From positions 2,835 to 66,834 of the forward strand of contig JAFGXQ010000013.1 of the NCBI GenBank assembly GCA_016936575.1: a DNA stretch of 64,000 nt. The letters run 5' to 3'. This DNA comes from Deltaproteobacteria bacterium. GTDB lineage: Bacteria > Myxococcota_A > Polyangia > JAAYKL01. The translations under genes were made by a program, and so were the position numbers. The notes under the pieces were generated by a model that searched no databases, was not told the DNA's origin, and worked only from the letters and a program-made list of their open reading frames with translations. This document shows positions 51,711 through 60,727 of this stretch, piece by piece (the stretch's first letter is position 1; every line of letters begins with the position of its first letter).

Positions 51711-52519
51711 GTAAAGTACGCGCAATCGTTCTGGCTGGAAACGGCATCAATTGTGAAAGAGAAACCGCCTACGCCTGCAAGCTGGGCGGCGCGGATGAAG
51801 TCGATATTGTGTATCTGTGGGATTTGGCAGCAGGCGAGGCATCGCTGGACGGCTATCAGTTTTTATGCTGCCCGGGAGGATTTCTAGATGGGGACGACCT
51901 GGGCAGCGCCAAGGCGTCCACCATTCGGCTTCGCCACACTGAAATCAACGGACACTCACTGGTGGAACAAATCCAGGGTCATGTTGAAAAAGGTGGACTT
52001 GTGATGGGAATCTGCAATGGATTCCAGCTGATGATTAAGCTGGGACTGCTCCCGGCGCTCGACAATCAGCTCGGAGTTCCCCAGGCCACACTCACCTGGA
52101 ACAACTCCAGTCGGTTTGAAGACCGTTGGGTGACGCTCAAGGCAGACCCGGCGTCTACTTGCATCTTCACCAAGGGAATAGACACGTTGGAGCTTCCGGT
52201 ACGCCACGGCGAAGGACAAATTGTTGCGCCGGAAGAAACCATGATCGCAGTAAGGGAACGGCATCAGGGGCCGCTTGCGTACATTAATCCGGAAACAGGA
52301 GAGGCGACAGAGACCTACCCGCTCAATCCGAACGGCACCCGGTTCGGTATTGCGGCACTATCTGACACCACCGGGCGCTTGTTTGGAATGATGCCCCATC
52401 CGGAAGCGTTCCTGCATCGCACCAACCATCCCCGCTGGACGCGAGAGAATCTCCCGGAAGAGGGTGCCGGCCTGCAGATTTTCAAAAACGCCGTAAACTA
52501 CATCCGCGAAAACATGTAG
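51707..52519 (+). CDS. purQ: phosphoribosylformylglycinamidine synthase glutamine amidotransferase subunit
   Basis: ORF 51671..52519. Start MSKVRAIVLAGNGINCE overlaps the purL stop (ATGA). Class I GATase Cys (GICNGFQLM) and His (HPE) present. Confidence 0.85.
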   Translation: MSKVRAIVLAGNGINCERETAYACKLGGADEVDIVYLWDLAAGEASLDGYQFLCCPGGFLDGDDLGSAKASTIRLRHTEINGHSLVEQIQGHVEKGGLVMGICNGFQLMIKLGLLPALDNQLGVPQATLTWNNSSRFEDRWVTLKADPASTCIFTKGIDTLELPVRHGEGQIVAPEETMIAVRERHQGPLAYINPETGEATETYPLNPNGTRFGIAALSDTTGRLFGMMPHPEAFLHRTNHPRWTRENLPEEGAGLQIFKNAVNYIRENM

Positions 52520-52533
52520 TCACTGTTCCCTCC

Positions 52534-52552
52534 CTTGTTTTATCGAAACAAG
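52534..52552 (+). terminator. hairpin CTTGTTT-TATCG-AAACAAG downstream of purQ
   Basis: Seen directly. 7-bp stem with no strong U-tract, so a weak terminator candidate. Confidence 0.3.
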
Positions 52553-52787
52553 TTCATTCGCAGAAGCAAAAGCGTTGCTAGAATCGCACTACATAACACG
52601 ATAAATATTCAACTTTAATAAGAAATATCAAAAACGGGCACAGGTGCGTTTTTTAACTCAACTGCAACGAAAAAAGCAGATTTCAGACATTTTTTTTTCC
52701 AGAAAAAAGAAACCATTGGCCCAATAGTTTTAACGAGACCGAAACATTAATCATTGGGGCAAGCCCCTTTGCCCAAGGAGAAGATTT

Positions 52788-53810
52788 ATGAAAAAACTAC
52801 TCATCCTTCTTTTAAGCCTCCTGGCCCTGGTTGCATTCAGCTGCAGCGACTCAGGATCATCGGGAGAAAGCGATGGAGATGCGGATTCCGACTCAGATGC
52901 GGATTCGGATTCCGACACAGACTCAGATTCGGATTCGGATACGGATTCTGACTCAGACACCGACTCGGATACGGACACCGACGCGGACACCGACGCGGAC
53001 ACTGACACTGACACCGACGCAGACACTGATGCCGATACCGACGCCGACACCGACACCGACACTGACGCGGATACGGATTCCGACACAGATTCAGATACCG
53101 ACACCGATGCCGATTGTGCCTATAACTGCGCCGGAAGCGAACAGGCGTGTGAAAATGGGTGGGGTGTCGAAGCCGGTAGCGTAGTGGATGGCGACTGCGT
53201 GGTTGTCGGCGGCCCCAATGACGGCGAAGACGGTTTCTGCTGCATGCCTGCCGGTGCAGACGGCGATACCGATAGCGACACAGACTCGGATACCGATGCC
53301 GATACCGATACCGACGCCGATACCGATGCCGATACCGACGCCGACACAGACTCAGATGCCGACTGTGCATATGATTGTGCCGGTAGTGAGATGGCGTGTG
53401 AAAATGGATGGGGTGTCGAAGCGGGTAGCGTAGTGGATGGCGACTGCGTCGTTGTCGGCGGTCCAAATGACGGTGAGGACGGTTTCTGTTGTATGCCGGC
53501 CGGTGCAGACGGCGACACCGATAGCGACACCGATTCGGACACCGACTCAGACACAGACGCCGACACTGACGCCGACACTGACGCCGACACTGACGCGGAT
53601 ACCGACGCCGACACCGATTCAGATGCGGATTGTACATCCTGTCACGACCTTCCTCCAGGTGGCCGTCCTCACGACAATACACATAATGAATTCTCGTGTA
53701 ATGATCCCGACTGCCACGGCGGTGTGGTGAGCGCTGACGGCTCCACAATCGTCGATGACAGCCTCCATATGGACGGCTCAAGCAACGCGGCATGTAACAA
53801 CTGCCACTAA
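52788..53810 (+). CDS. acidic-repeat lipoprotein with two duplicated Cys-rich modules and C-terminal paired-CxxCH (putative c-type heme-binding) module
   Basis: 340 aa. MKKLLILLLSLLALVAFSCSDSG lipobox. Three DSD/DTD/DAD repeat tracts. Two near-identical about 60 aa six-Cys modules. C-terminus CTSCHDLPPGG...CNDPDCHGG...CNNCH. Confidence 0.65.
   Translation: MKKLLILLLSLLALVAFSCSDSGSSGESDGDADSDSDADSDSDTDSDSDSDTDSDSDTDSDTDTDADTDADTDTDTDADTDADTDADTDTDTDADTDSDTDSDTDTDADCAYNCAGSEQACENGWGVEAGSVVDGDCVVVGGPNDGEDGFCCMPAGADGDTDSDTDSDTDADTDTDADTDADTDADTDSDADCAYDCAGSEMACENGWGVEAGSVVDGDCVVVGGPNDGEDGFCCMPAGADGDTDSDTDSDTDSDTDADTDADTDADTDADTDADTDSDADCTSCHDLPPGGRPHDNTHNEFSCNDPDCHGGVVSADGSTIVDDSLHMDGSSNAACNNCH
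53110..53610. repeat. tandem intragenic duplication (two about 250-bp units, about 85-90% identical)
   Basis: Seen directly. Each unit encodes DCAY(N/D)CAGSE(Q/M)ACENGWGVEAGSVVDGDCVVVGGPNDGEDGFCCMPAGADGDTDSD plus an acidic repeat. Confidence 0.6.
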
Positions 53811-53990
53811 ATCCCCCCTACTTCGTTACTCTCTGCACCCCCTGAAAATTTTGTTCTAACTGAGCGCCGTTCGGAATAAATCCAGTCACGAATAGTTACT
53901 CCCTCTTTTTTTTTTCACAAAAACGCGATTTGTCTCCCATTACACATAGAAGAACTCGAAGTTTTTTTTCACACACACAAGGAGAAGATT

Positions 53991-54499
53991 TTGAAAAAAC
54001 TACTCATCCTTCTTTTCAGCCTGCTGACCCTGGTTGCGCTGAGTTGCAGTGATTCAGGAACAACAGGCGGTGGCGATGGAGACACAGACGGTGATGCCGA
54101 CTCAGACAGTGACGGTGACGGAGACGCAGACAGCGATACCGATTCTGACACTGATAGTGATACCGACTCTGATACCGACTCTGATACCGACAGCGACACA
54201 GACGCTGATACCGATTCGGATTCAGACCCAGTCTCATGTGATACATGCCACGGAAATCCACCCGGCGGCAGCCCCCCCCCCACAACCGGTCTGTCCATCT
54301 GAGCTTCGGCTGCAACAACCAGAACAACCACGGAGATATGATCGACGCGGCGGGAACCGTGATTCTGGACGATACTCTCCACCAGAACGGAACCGTCGGC
54401 ACCACCTGCGGCTCAGGCGGGACCGGCTGCCACCGATTTCAATTTCGTTTACCCCGCGCCGTTTTTCCATTCGCATTTCTGACAATCACGTATATTTGA
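53991..54499 (+). pseudogene. paralog of the 52788 lipoprotein interrupted by a frameshift at a C10 homopolymer tract (54272..54281)
   Basis: Frame A (53991..54302) encodes lipobox, DSD stalk and CDTCHGNPPGG, then terminates. Frame B (54245..54499) continues with PPPHNRSVHLSFGCNN...DDTLHQNG...GTGCH, homologous to the paralog tail (RPHDNTHNEFSCND...DDSLHMDG...CNNCH). Adding 1 C (C11) or removing 2 (C8) would restore a single frame. Confidence 0.5.
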
Positions 54500-54573
54500 G
54501 CTGCTTTGGTCGCATAAATGCACCATTATACTTTGTTCTGCGGGGCTTTTTGCAAACGAAACATCACCCGCAA

Positions 54574-56397
54574 ATGGAAAACAACATGAATAATTTAATA
54601 AAAATCAATATTGTCGTCGGTTTTGTCTTTTTCACAACTAGTTGCATTATGCCGCCCCGGGGCGTGGAAACGCCTCCGATCAAGCCGCTTCCGGACATTG
54701 CGGAACACACAGTGCGTGTGAATCAGGTGGGCTATTTTCCGAATCGCAAAAAAATCGCCGCCTACCGGAGCGACTCTCAGACACCGCTTTCGTGGCAACT
54801 GTTCGACAACAAACAGAAAAAAATCGCTGAAGGCAAAACAACCCCTATCGGGCTCGATGACGACTCCGGGGAGCATGTCCATCTTATCGACTTTTCAACA
54901 ACACAGGTGGAAGGCACCGGTTTCACATTGCGCGTCGGAAATGAAAAATCCGTACCGTTTGCCATTTCATCAAAACTCTATGAGGGTCTTCGACGGGATG
55001 CCGTGCGCTATTTTTATATGAACCGCAGCGGTATTCCGCTTGAGATGCCGTACGTGGAAGATCCATCGGCAGAGCGGGACGCCGGCCACCTCAGCGACAA
55101 AAGTGTGCGGTGTGAAACCGGACAAAAATGCGACTACCGCAAAGATGTTTCCGGAGGGTGGTACGACGCCGGGGATTACGGGAAATACGTGGTGAACGGT
55201 GGTATCAGTGTTTGGATGCTGATGCATATTTACGAGTTTCTGTATGTGAACCGAACCCCGCATACCCAGCCGAAAAACCTGAATATTCCGGAAAGCACCA
55301 ATGATGTACCCGATATTCTGGATGAAGCGCGCTACGAGATGGAATGGATGCTGAAGATGCAGGTGACCGACAAGGAACAGGAATTCTACGGCATGGTACA
55401 TCACCGTGTTCGAAATTCTGAATACACCGCCATGGGGAAGGCGCCCCCGGAGGTAAACGTGGATCCGCCTCGTTATCTTCGAGACGTGGCAACCAGCGCG
55501 ACCCTCAATCTTGCGGCCACCGGTGCGCTTTGCGCCAGAGTCTTCAAACCGTTCGATGATGCATTTGCACAGAAATGCCTGGACGCCGCCGAACTGGCAT
55601 GGACCGCTGCCAGAATGCACCCATCCGAGCGTGCGGTAGGCGTCGGCTTCGTTCCGTACCAGAATCCCGATGTATCGGACGATTATTTCTGGGCCTCAGC
55701 GGAGCTGTGGGTCGCCACCGGAAAAACCGCCTACTACAACTTCATTCTTCAATCTCCCTACTATGAAAAATTCACCCATCGTGCCGGCGGCAGTACCTCG
55801 GCATTCAACTGGGCGGACACCGATGGTCTGGGCGCTGTTGCGCTGGCCACCTGCAGTAGGCCGGAAAAACCGGAGTTGGTCGAAAAGAAACAGCAGCAGC
55901 TCATTGCATTTGCAGATAGCCTGCTCGCGCTGATGGAAAAACAGGGGTATCGATTTCCGCTGGACAAGCGAACATATCCGTGGGGGTCGAATTCCTTCAT
56001 CGTAAACAACGCGGTGGTGCTCGCGGTGGCATACCGATTAACCAGCGAAGATAAATACCTGGACGGCGCCATCGTCGCGGTCGACTACATTCTTGGCCGC
56101 AATCCCCTCGACTTTTCGTATGTCAGCGGTTACGGCACCCTGGCGATGCAGTTTCCGCATCATCGATTTTTCGCACCGTCTTACAACAACAAACTGCCGT
56201 TCATTCCACCGGGAACCCTGGCGGGCGGCCCCAATACCAATCTGCAGGACAGCACCTCCCGCAGCTTTCGCGCAGGGTGTCCGCCGGCAAAATGTTATGT
56301 GGATCATATCGAAGCATACGCCACCAACGAAGTTGCCATCAACTGGAATGCCGCGTTGGCCTGGATAGCCATCTACCTCGACGAAACCGCCCGTTGA
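54574..56397 (+). CDS. glycoside hydrolase family 9 endoglucanase with N-terminal Ig-like (CelD_N) domain, lipoprotein
   Basis: Start MENNMNNLIKINIVVGFVFFTTSC (lipobox). GH9 signature GGWYDAGDYGKY. Catalytic region NEVAINWNA at the C-terminus. The 5' part of ORF 54049..56397 is read-through of upstream repeat DNA. Confidence 0.85.
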   Translation: MENNMNNLIKINIVVGFVFFTTSCIMPPRGVETPPIKPLPDIAEHTVRVNQVGYFPNRKKIAAYRSDSQTPLSWQLFDNKQKKIAEGKTTPIGLDDDSGEHVHLIDFSTTQVEGTGFTLRVGNEKSVPFAISSKLYEGLRRDAVRYFYMNRSGIPLEMPYVEDPSAERDAGHLSDKSVRCETGQKCDYRKDVSGGWYDAGDYGKYVVNGGISVWMLMHIYEFLYVNRTPHTQPKNLNIPESTNDVPDILDEARYEMEWMLKMQVTDKEQEFYGMVHHRVRNSEYTAMGKAPPEVNVDPPRYLRDVATSATLNLAATGALCARVFKPFDDAFAQKCLDAAELAWTAARMHPSERAVGVGFVPYQNPDVSDDYFWASAELWVATGKTAYYNFILQSPYYEKFTHRAGGSTSAFNWADTDGLGAVALATCSRPEKPELVEKKQQQLIAFADSLLALMEKQGYRFPLDKRTYPWGSNSFIVNNAVVLAVAYRLTSEDKYLDGAIVAVDYILGRNPLDFSYVSGYGTLAMQFPHHRFFAPSYNNKLPFIPPGTLAGGPNTNLQDSTSRSFRAGCPPAKCYVDHIEAYATNEVAINWNAALAWIAIYLDETAR

Positions 56398-56430
56398 CGA
56401 TTTCAGCTGTACTGCCCTGATATTATTTCA

Positions 56431-56451
56431 AATCCGAAATGTATTCGGATT
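56431..56451. terminator. hairpin AATCCGAA-ATGTA-TTCGGATT downstream of the GH9 gene
   Basis: Seen directly. 8-bp perfect stem, no U-tract. Confidence 0.25.
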
Positions 56452-56520
56452 CATCGATCTGTTCGTTGCTCAATTTCAATTATAACGTACATTATAAAGA
56501 AACAAATCGGGTTTTATTGC

Positions 56521-57207
56521 ATGGGGGGCAATATGACACAGATTTCGGATATATGTGACCGGTATACGCACGCGGTTTTCAACACAGACCAGGATACGGC
56601 GCAAGATACCATTTACCAGGCGCTGAATGAAGGACTACTGGCCGAAGAACTGGTCTTCAATGTTATTTTGCCGTCTCTGGAAAACATGCTCGAAACGTTG
56701 GTTCAGAACGACAACGCAACGTTGTCGCAACATTTTATCGCCGCCAAGGTATCGAGCGCAATGGTCGAAATGTTGCTTCCCAAATTTTCTGGGACCGCCC
56801 ACGCAAACGGAGTTGTGGTTATCGGCACCGCTCGGGGTGACTTTCACGGGCTTGGTAAAAAAATCGTTTCGGGCTGTCTGACCGCCAACCTGTTTACCGT
56901 TTATGACGTGGGGCTCAACGTGCAACCGGAGCGGTTCGTACAGGAGGCGCTGCAAAAAAACGCCTCTGTCATCGCGGTTTCGTCAATGATGATGCACACC
57001 GCAATCGGCGATGACGGGCCAAAAAGAATAAAAAAACTACTGCAGGACCGGCAGCTGACCGACCGTATCAAACTGATCGTCGGAGGCGCACCGTATCGAT
57101 TCGACGACAAGCTGTACCGCGATGTGAATGCCGATGCCACGGCATTGGATGCACTTTCTTCGGTGGCGGTATTCAAGCACCTGGTTCAGGAGGTGCGTCA
57201 TGCCTGA
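56521..57207 (+). CDS. cobalamin (B12)-binding corrinoid protein (MtaC/MtbC-like: B12-binding_2 helical cap plus Rossmann B12-binding domain)
   Basis: 228 aa. DxHxxG motif in GDFHGLGKK followed by S..LS-type and GG motifs (SSMMMHT, VGGAP). Start may be the internal MTQIS. Confidence 0.75.
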   Translation: MGGNMTQISDICDRYTHAVFNTDQDTAQDTIYQALNEGLLAEELVFNVILPSLENMLETLVQNDNATLSQHFIAAKVSSAMVEMLLPKFSGTAHANGVVVIGTARGDFHGLGKKIVSGCLTANLFTVYDVGLNVQPERFVQEALQKNASVIAVSSMMMHTAIGDDGPKRIKKLLQDRQLTDRIKLIVGGAPYRFDDKLYRDVNADATALDALSSVAVFKHLVQEVRHA

Positions 57208-58237
57208 TTCGATGAGCCTCTTTGGAAAATTGATGAACGGAGAGCTTCCCAGCCGGGTTCCGGTGGCGCTGAATCTCTTCGACCAGGGCCAGAAAGAACT
57301 ACGCCTCACCAGCGAACAGTACTATAGCCGTGCGGAAAATGTGGTCTCCGGACAGCTTGAACTGCGAAAAAAATACGGCCATGATGTGGTGTGGGGAACC
57401 CACTATGTCGCCCGCCAGGCGGAGATTCTCGGTTCCCGCCGTACCATTTTTCCAACCAACGGCCCCCCGAACGTGGGCGATATGGTGATAAAAACACACA
57501 AGGACATCGAGACACTGCAAATTCCGGACGATGTGACAGAACATCCGTCATTCACCATTCAACTCGACACCATTCGCATGCTCAAGCGTGAACTGAACGG
57601 CAGCGCACCGGTATGCGCATTTCAAACCGGCACATTCACTCTCCCTTCCATTCTAATGGGCATTCATGCGTGGATGGACTTATTTTTAACCGGCCCCCCA
57701 TCGCTGGTAGACGAGCTACTGACAAAATGCTCGGAATATACCATAAAAACTTTTTCGGCGCTTAAAGAAGCCGGCGCGACGCTGGTAGCCTACGCGAATC
57801 CGATGGTGTCCACCGACTTTTTCTCTCTGCCGCAAATTACAGAACGCTGTCTGCCGTGGGTTAAGCGGGATATGACGCGCATGGGCACAGACGGTCTGGT
57901 TTATTTTTGCGGTGGTTCTCGCATCAACGGCGTGCTTCCCGAAATACTGAAACGCACCACCATCGGTGCATTCCTCGTGCACCCGCAAGACGATGTGGCA
58001 CACGCCAAAGCATTGGTCGGCGGCAAGGCACTGGTCGCCGGAGCGATCAATGATATTCAGCTCATCCGATGTACACCGGAAGAAGCACGTCAGAGCACAA
58101 AAGAGATAATCGAAAAAGGCGCGCCTGGCGGAGGGTTTATTTTAAGCTCCCTCGTGATGCCGTTTCAAATTCCAACTCAGAATATACATGCGGTGGTCGA
58201 TGCGGCACATCAATACGGCGCCTACGAAGCGACCTGA
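57200..58237 (+). CDS. uroporphyrinogen decarboxylase (URO-D) family protein, MtaA/CmuA-like corrinoid methyltransferase
   Basis: ORF 57128..58237. Probable start MPDSMS overlapping the corrinoid protein gene end by 8 nt. TIM-barrel URO-D-like sequence, lacking the uroporphyrinogen-specific context. Confidence 0.75.
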   Translation: MPDSMSLFGKLMNGELPSRVPVALNLFDQGQKELRLTSEQYYSRAENVVSGQLELRKKYGHDVVWGTHYVARQAEILGSRRTIFPTNGPPNVGDMVIKTHKDIETLQIPDDVTEHPSFTIQLDTIRMLKRELNGSAPVCAFQTGTFTLPSILMGIHAWMDLFLTGPPSLVDELLTKCSEYTIKTFSALKEAGATLVAYANPMVSTDFFSLPQITERCLPWVKRDMTRMGTDGLVYFCGGSRINGVLPEILKRTTIGAFLVHPQDDVAHAKALVGGKALVAGAINDIQLIRCTPEEARQSTKEIIEKGAPGGGFILSSLVMPFQIPTQNIHAVVDAAHQYGAYEAT

Positions 58238-58241
58238 TGCG

Positions 58242-58850
58242 ATGAACCACTCTCGCGCCACTCGAATGATCAGCTGCAGCATTCTGAAAAAGGAGGTGCT
58301 GCATGTTCTGAAACGCCGTGAAGGTGCAGTCGATATTACATTCCTGCCGTCGTCTCTTCACAACGACCTCGACAAACTTTCCGCGCGACTAAACGACGCA
58401 ATGGGACGCTTCAACGCGCCCACAGTGGTACTCTACGGCACTTGTCATCCTCAGATGGACAAATTCATCTCTCACCACAACGCCCAAAGGATTCCCTGTC
58501 AAAACTGTATTGAACTCCTGCTGGGAGCTGAACAGTATACCCAATACCTCGCTGACGGCGCGTTTTTCCTGTTGGAGGAATGGGCGCATTCATGGGAAAA
58601 AAACATCGCCGCTGCACTGGGAGCGAATATCGCTGCAAGAAACGCTCTTCTCCGCGATTCGCATCAATACCTGTTATGCGTGAACACACCCTGCTCCCGA
58701 GATTTTTCAGTTCAGGCGAAAAACATCGCGAAACAAACTGATCTGCCGATTCGGTCCCTTGATGTAGAACTCAATTATCTGGAGAACGTCTTTGACCAAA
58801 TACTGATGGTCGGTGACCGTTCTTCCAAAGGAGTAATGCGTAATGAATGA
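58242..58850 (+). CDS. DUF1638-like protein
   Basis: ORF 58188..58850. Probable start MNHSRATRMIS. Cys-containing motifs (GTCHPQ, CQNC). This family is recurrently encoded next to corrinoid protein/MtaA-like pairs (established knowledge, from memory). Confidence 0.5.
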   Translation: MNHSRATRMISCSILKKEVLHVLKRREGAVDITFLPSSLHNDLDKLSARLNDAMGRFNAPTVVLYGTCHPQMDKFISHHNAQRIPCQNCIELLLGAEQYTQYLADGAFFLLEEWAHSWEKNIAAALGANIAARNALLRDSHQYLLCVNTPCSRDFSVQAKNIAKQTDLPIRSLDVELNYLENVFDQILMVGDRSSKGVMRNE

Positions 58851-60603
58851 ATGTACCAATTGCAGCAAGCTCCAAAAAGAGATTGAGTATCAGAAGCAGC
58901 GAATTGACAGGATCGCCAAAGAAAAATCTCATCTGCAACTGGTTGCCGACATTCTTTCCGATCTGGCGAAACTGCACGGAGTAAAAGCCATTGCCAATCA
59001 CACCCTCGCCTTTCTGATGAATTCCATCGGCGGCACCAATTTATCCTTCTACTACACAACCGATAAGTCGTGGCAGATGATTGACGTATACGGCAATGAA
59101 AAAGAAATGACATATCCGGAAGACCCTGACGTCTTGAGAGCAATCGACGAAAAAAAATTTCACGGAATACAAACCCAGGGCGAAGAAAAAGGCTATTTCA
59201 CATTCAACGTGGGAAAAAGCCGATTTGAAAAGTGGGTGTTTCCGCTTTGTGTCGAAGAAGAGGTATTCGGTGCATTCGTCGTGGATGGACTGCTCATTCA
59301 TCTTCATGACGCCATTATCGAACAGCTGCATATCATCAGTACGTATATCAGTCTGGTTGTCAAAAACGAATTTCTGACAGAGTCGCGACTGAAAAAGGCC
59401 AACGATGCACTGATACAAAAAAACATTGCGCTGATGAATGAAATTGACCAGCGCACAAGACTGGAGCGGGAGCGAGAAAAGCTGTATCAGGAACTACAGC
59501 AGGCCCAGAAAATGGAAGCGATTGGTACGCTGGCCGGCGGCATCGCGCACGACTTCAACAATCTGCTCGGCGCTATCATCGGATACACCGACCTGGCGAT
59601 TGACAACTGCACCGACGATGAATCTCACTTCAATCTCGATCAGGTGATGCAGGCAGCGGAACGGGCAAGAGACCTGGTGAAGCAGATTCTAACTTTCAGC
59701 CGCAAACAGGACACCAAGAACGCACCGATATACATCGCACCGGTGGTGAAAGAAGTAATGAAATTATTGCGCGCGACCATTCCCACCACCATCATCATAC
59801 AGGTAAGTATCGACAAGCAGTGCGGCGCAATATTGGGAAATGTGACTCAGCTTCACCAGATTATAATGAATCTATGCACCAATGCGACGCATGCGATGGA
59901 GGAAAATGGCGGAACCCTGCGTGTATCCCTCCGCCCCATTGAACCGCAAAACAAAAAAGGTGAAAAATCACTTCAGCTACAGATAAGCGATACCGGCTGC
60001 GGGATTCCCCAAGATGTTCTGCCTCGAATTTTTGAACCGTATTTTACCACCAAAGGAATCGGTAAAGGAACTGGAATGGGTCTCGCTGTGGTTCATGGAA
60101 TCGTATTGTCGATGAACGGAACCATCACTGTCTCATCTGAACTCGGAAAAGGAACCACCATCGAATGCACCTTCCCCATCGTCGATGGGGACGTCCGCGA
60201 CAGCGAACCACCCGTGGAACAGCACCCGACCTTCACCGGTGTTGCCATGATCGTGGATGACGAATCTTCCATTGCAGATCTTGCACAACAAATGCTGACC
60301 AAAATGGGATTCACCTGTGAAACATTTCAAAACGGGATGAATGCCCTGGACGCGTTCCGCGCTGATCCGAAAAAATACACTCTGGTACTGACGGACCAGA
60401 CCATGCCCGGCATCACCGGTATGCAGTTGTCTGAAAAACTGTTTTCCATAAAAAACGTACCGGTTCTGATTTCATCGGGATACAGCACCTCTATCGACGA
60501 AGAAAAAGTCGCCGCACAACCGAACATGGAATTTCTGGCCAAGCCGTATACCTACAAGAAACTAGAAAAGGTAATCTCCGACCTGCTGAGCGACTCTCCC
60601 TGA
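58843..60603 (+). CDS. cytoplasmic hybrid sensor histidine kinase (GAF-like N-domain, HisKA, HATPase_c, C-terminal receiver)
   Basis: 586 aa. Start overlaps the previous gene by 8 nt. H-box [12 protein letters not shown]. HATPase DTGCGIP / GTGMGLAV. Receiver VAMIVDDE...[13 protein letters not shown]. No TM segments. Confidence 0.8.
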   Translation: MNECTNCSKLQKEIEYQKQRIDRIAKEKSHLQLVADILSDLAKLHGVKAIANHTLAFLMNSIGGTNLSFYYTTDKSWQMIDVYGNEKEMTYPEDPDVLRAIDEKKFHGIQTQGEEKGYFTFNVGKSRFEKWVFPLCVEEEVFGAFVVDGLLIHLHDAIIEQLHIISTYISLVVKNEFLTESRLKKANDALIQKNIALMNEIDQRTRLEREREKLYQELQQAQKMEAIGTLAGGIAHDFNNLLGAIIGYTDLAIDNCTDDESHFNLDQVMQAAERARDLVKQILTFSRKQDTKNAPIYIAPVVKEVMKLLRATIPTTIIIQVSIDKQCGAILGNVTQLHQIIMNLCTNATHAMEENGGTLRVSLRPIEPQNKKGEKSLQLQISDTGCGIPQDVLPRIFEPYFTTKGIGKGTGMGLAVVHGIVLSMNGTITVSSELGKGTTIECTFPIVDGDVRDSEPPVEQHPTFTGVAMIVDDESSIADLAQQMLTKMGFTCETFQNGMNALDAFRADPKKYTLVLTDQTMPGITGMQLSEKLFSIKNVPVLISSGYSTSIDEEKVAAQPNMEFLAKPYTYKKLEKVISDLLSDSP

Positions 60604-60727
60604 ATCAGGAGCCGCTATTCAATTCATTTTTCGGCGAACACGAACACGCTCGCAAAAAAAATGAACCGTTTACCCACCCAAAGAACTCAATTGATGCAGT
60701 GCAACCGAAACGGCAAGGAGACGGCAA

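Noticed and set aside
52751-53793. ORFs 52837..53793 (-), 52751..53104 (-), 53120..53614 (-), 52831..53184 (+), 53188..53433 (+), 53437..53730 (+)
   Set aside because: Repeat-frame artefacts overlapping the 52788..53810 lipoprotein gene.
54049-54573. 5' extension of the 782 aa ORF upstream of the GH9 catalytic protein
   Set aside because: It runs through stalk-repeat DNA of the neighbouring pseudogene in another frame. A bona fide lipoprotein start (MENNMNN...TSC) exists at 54574.
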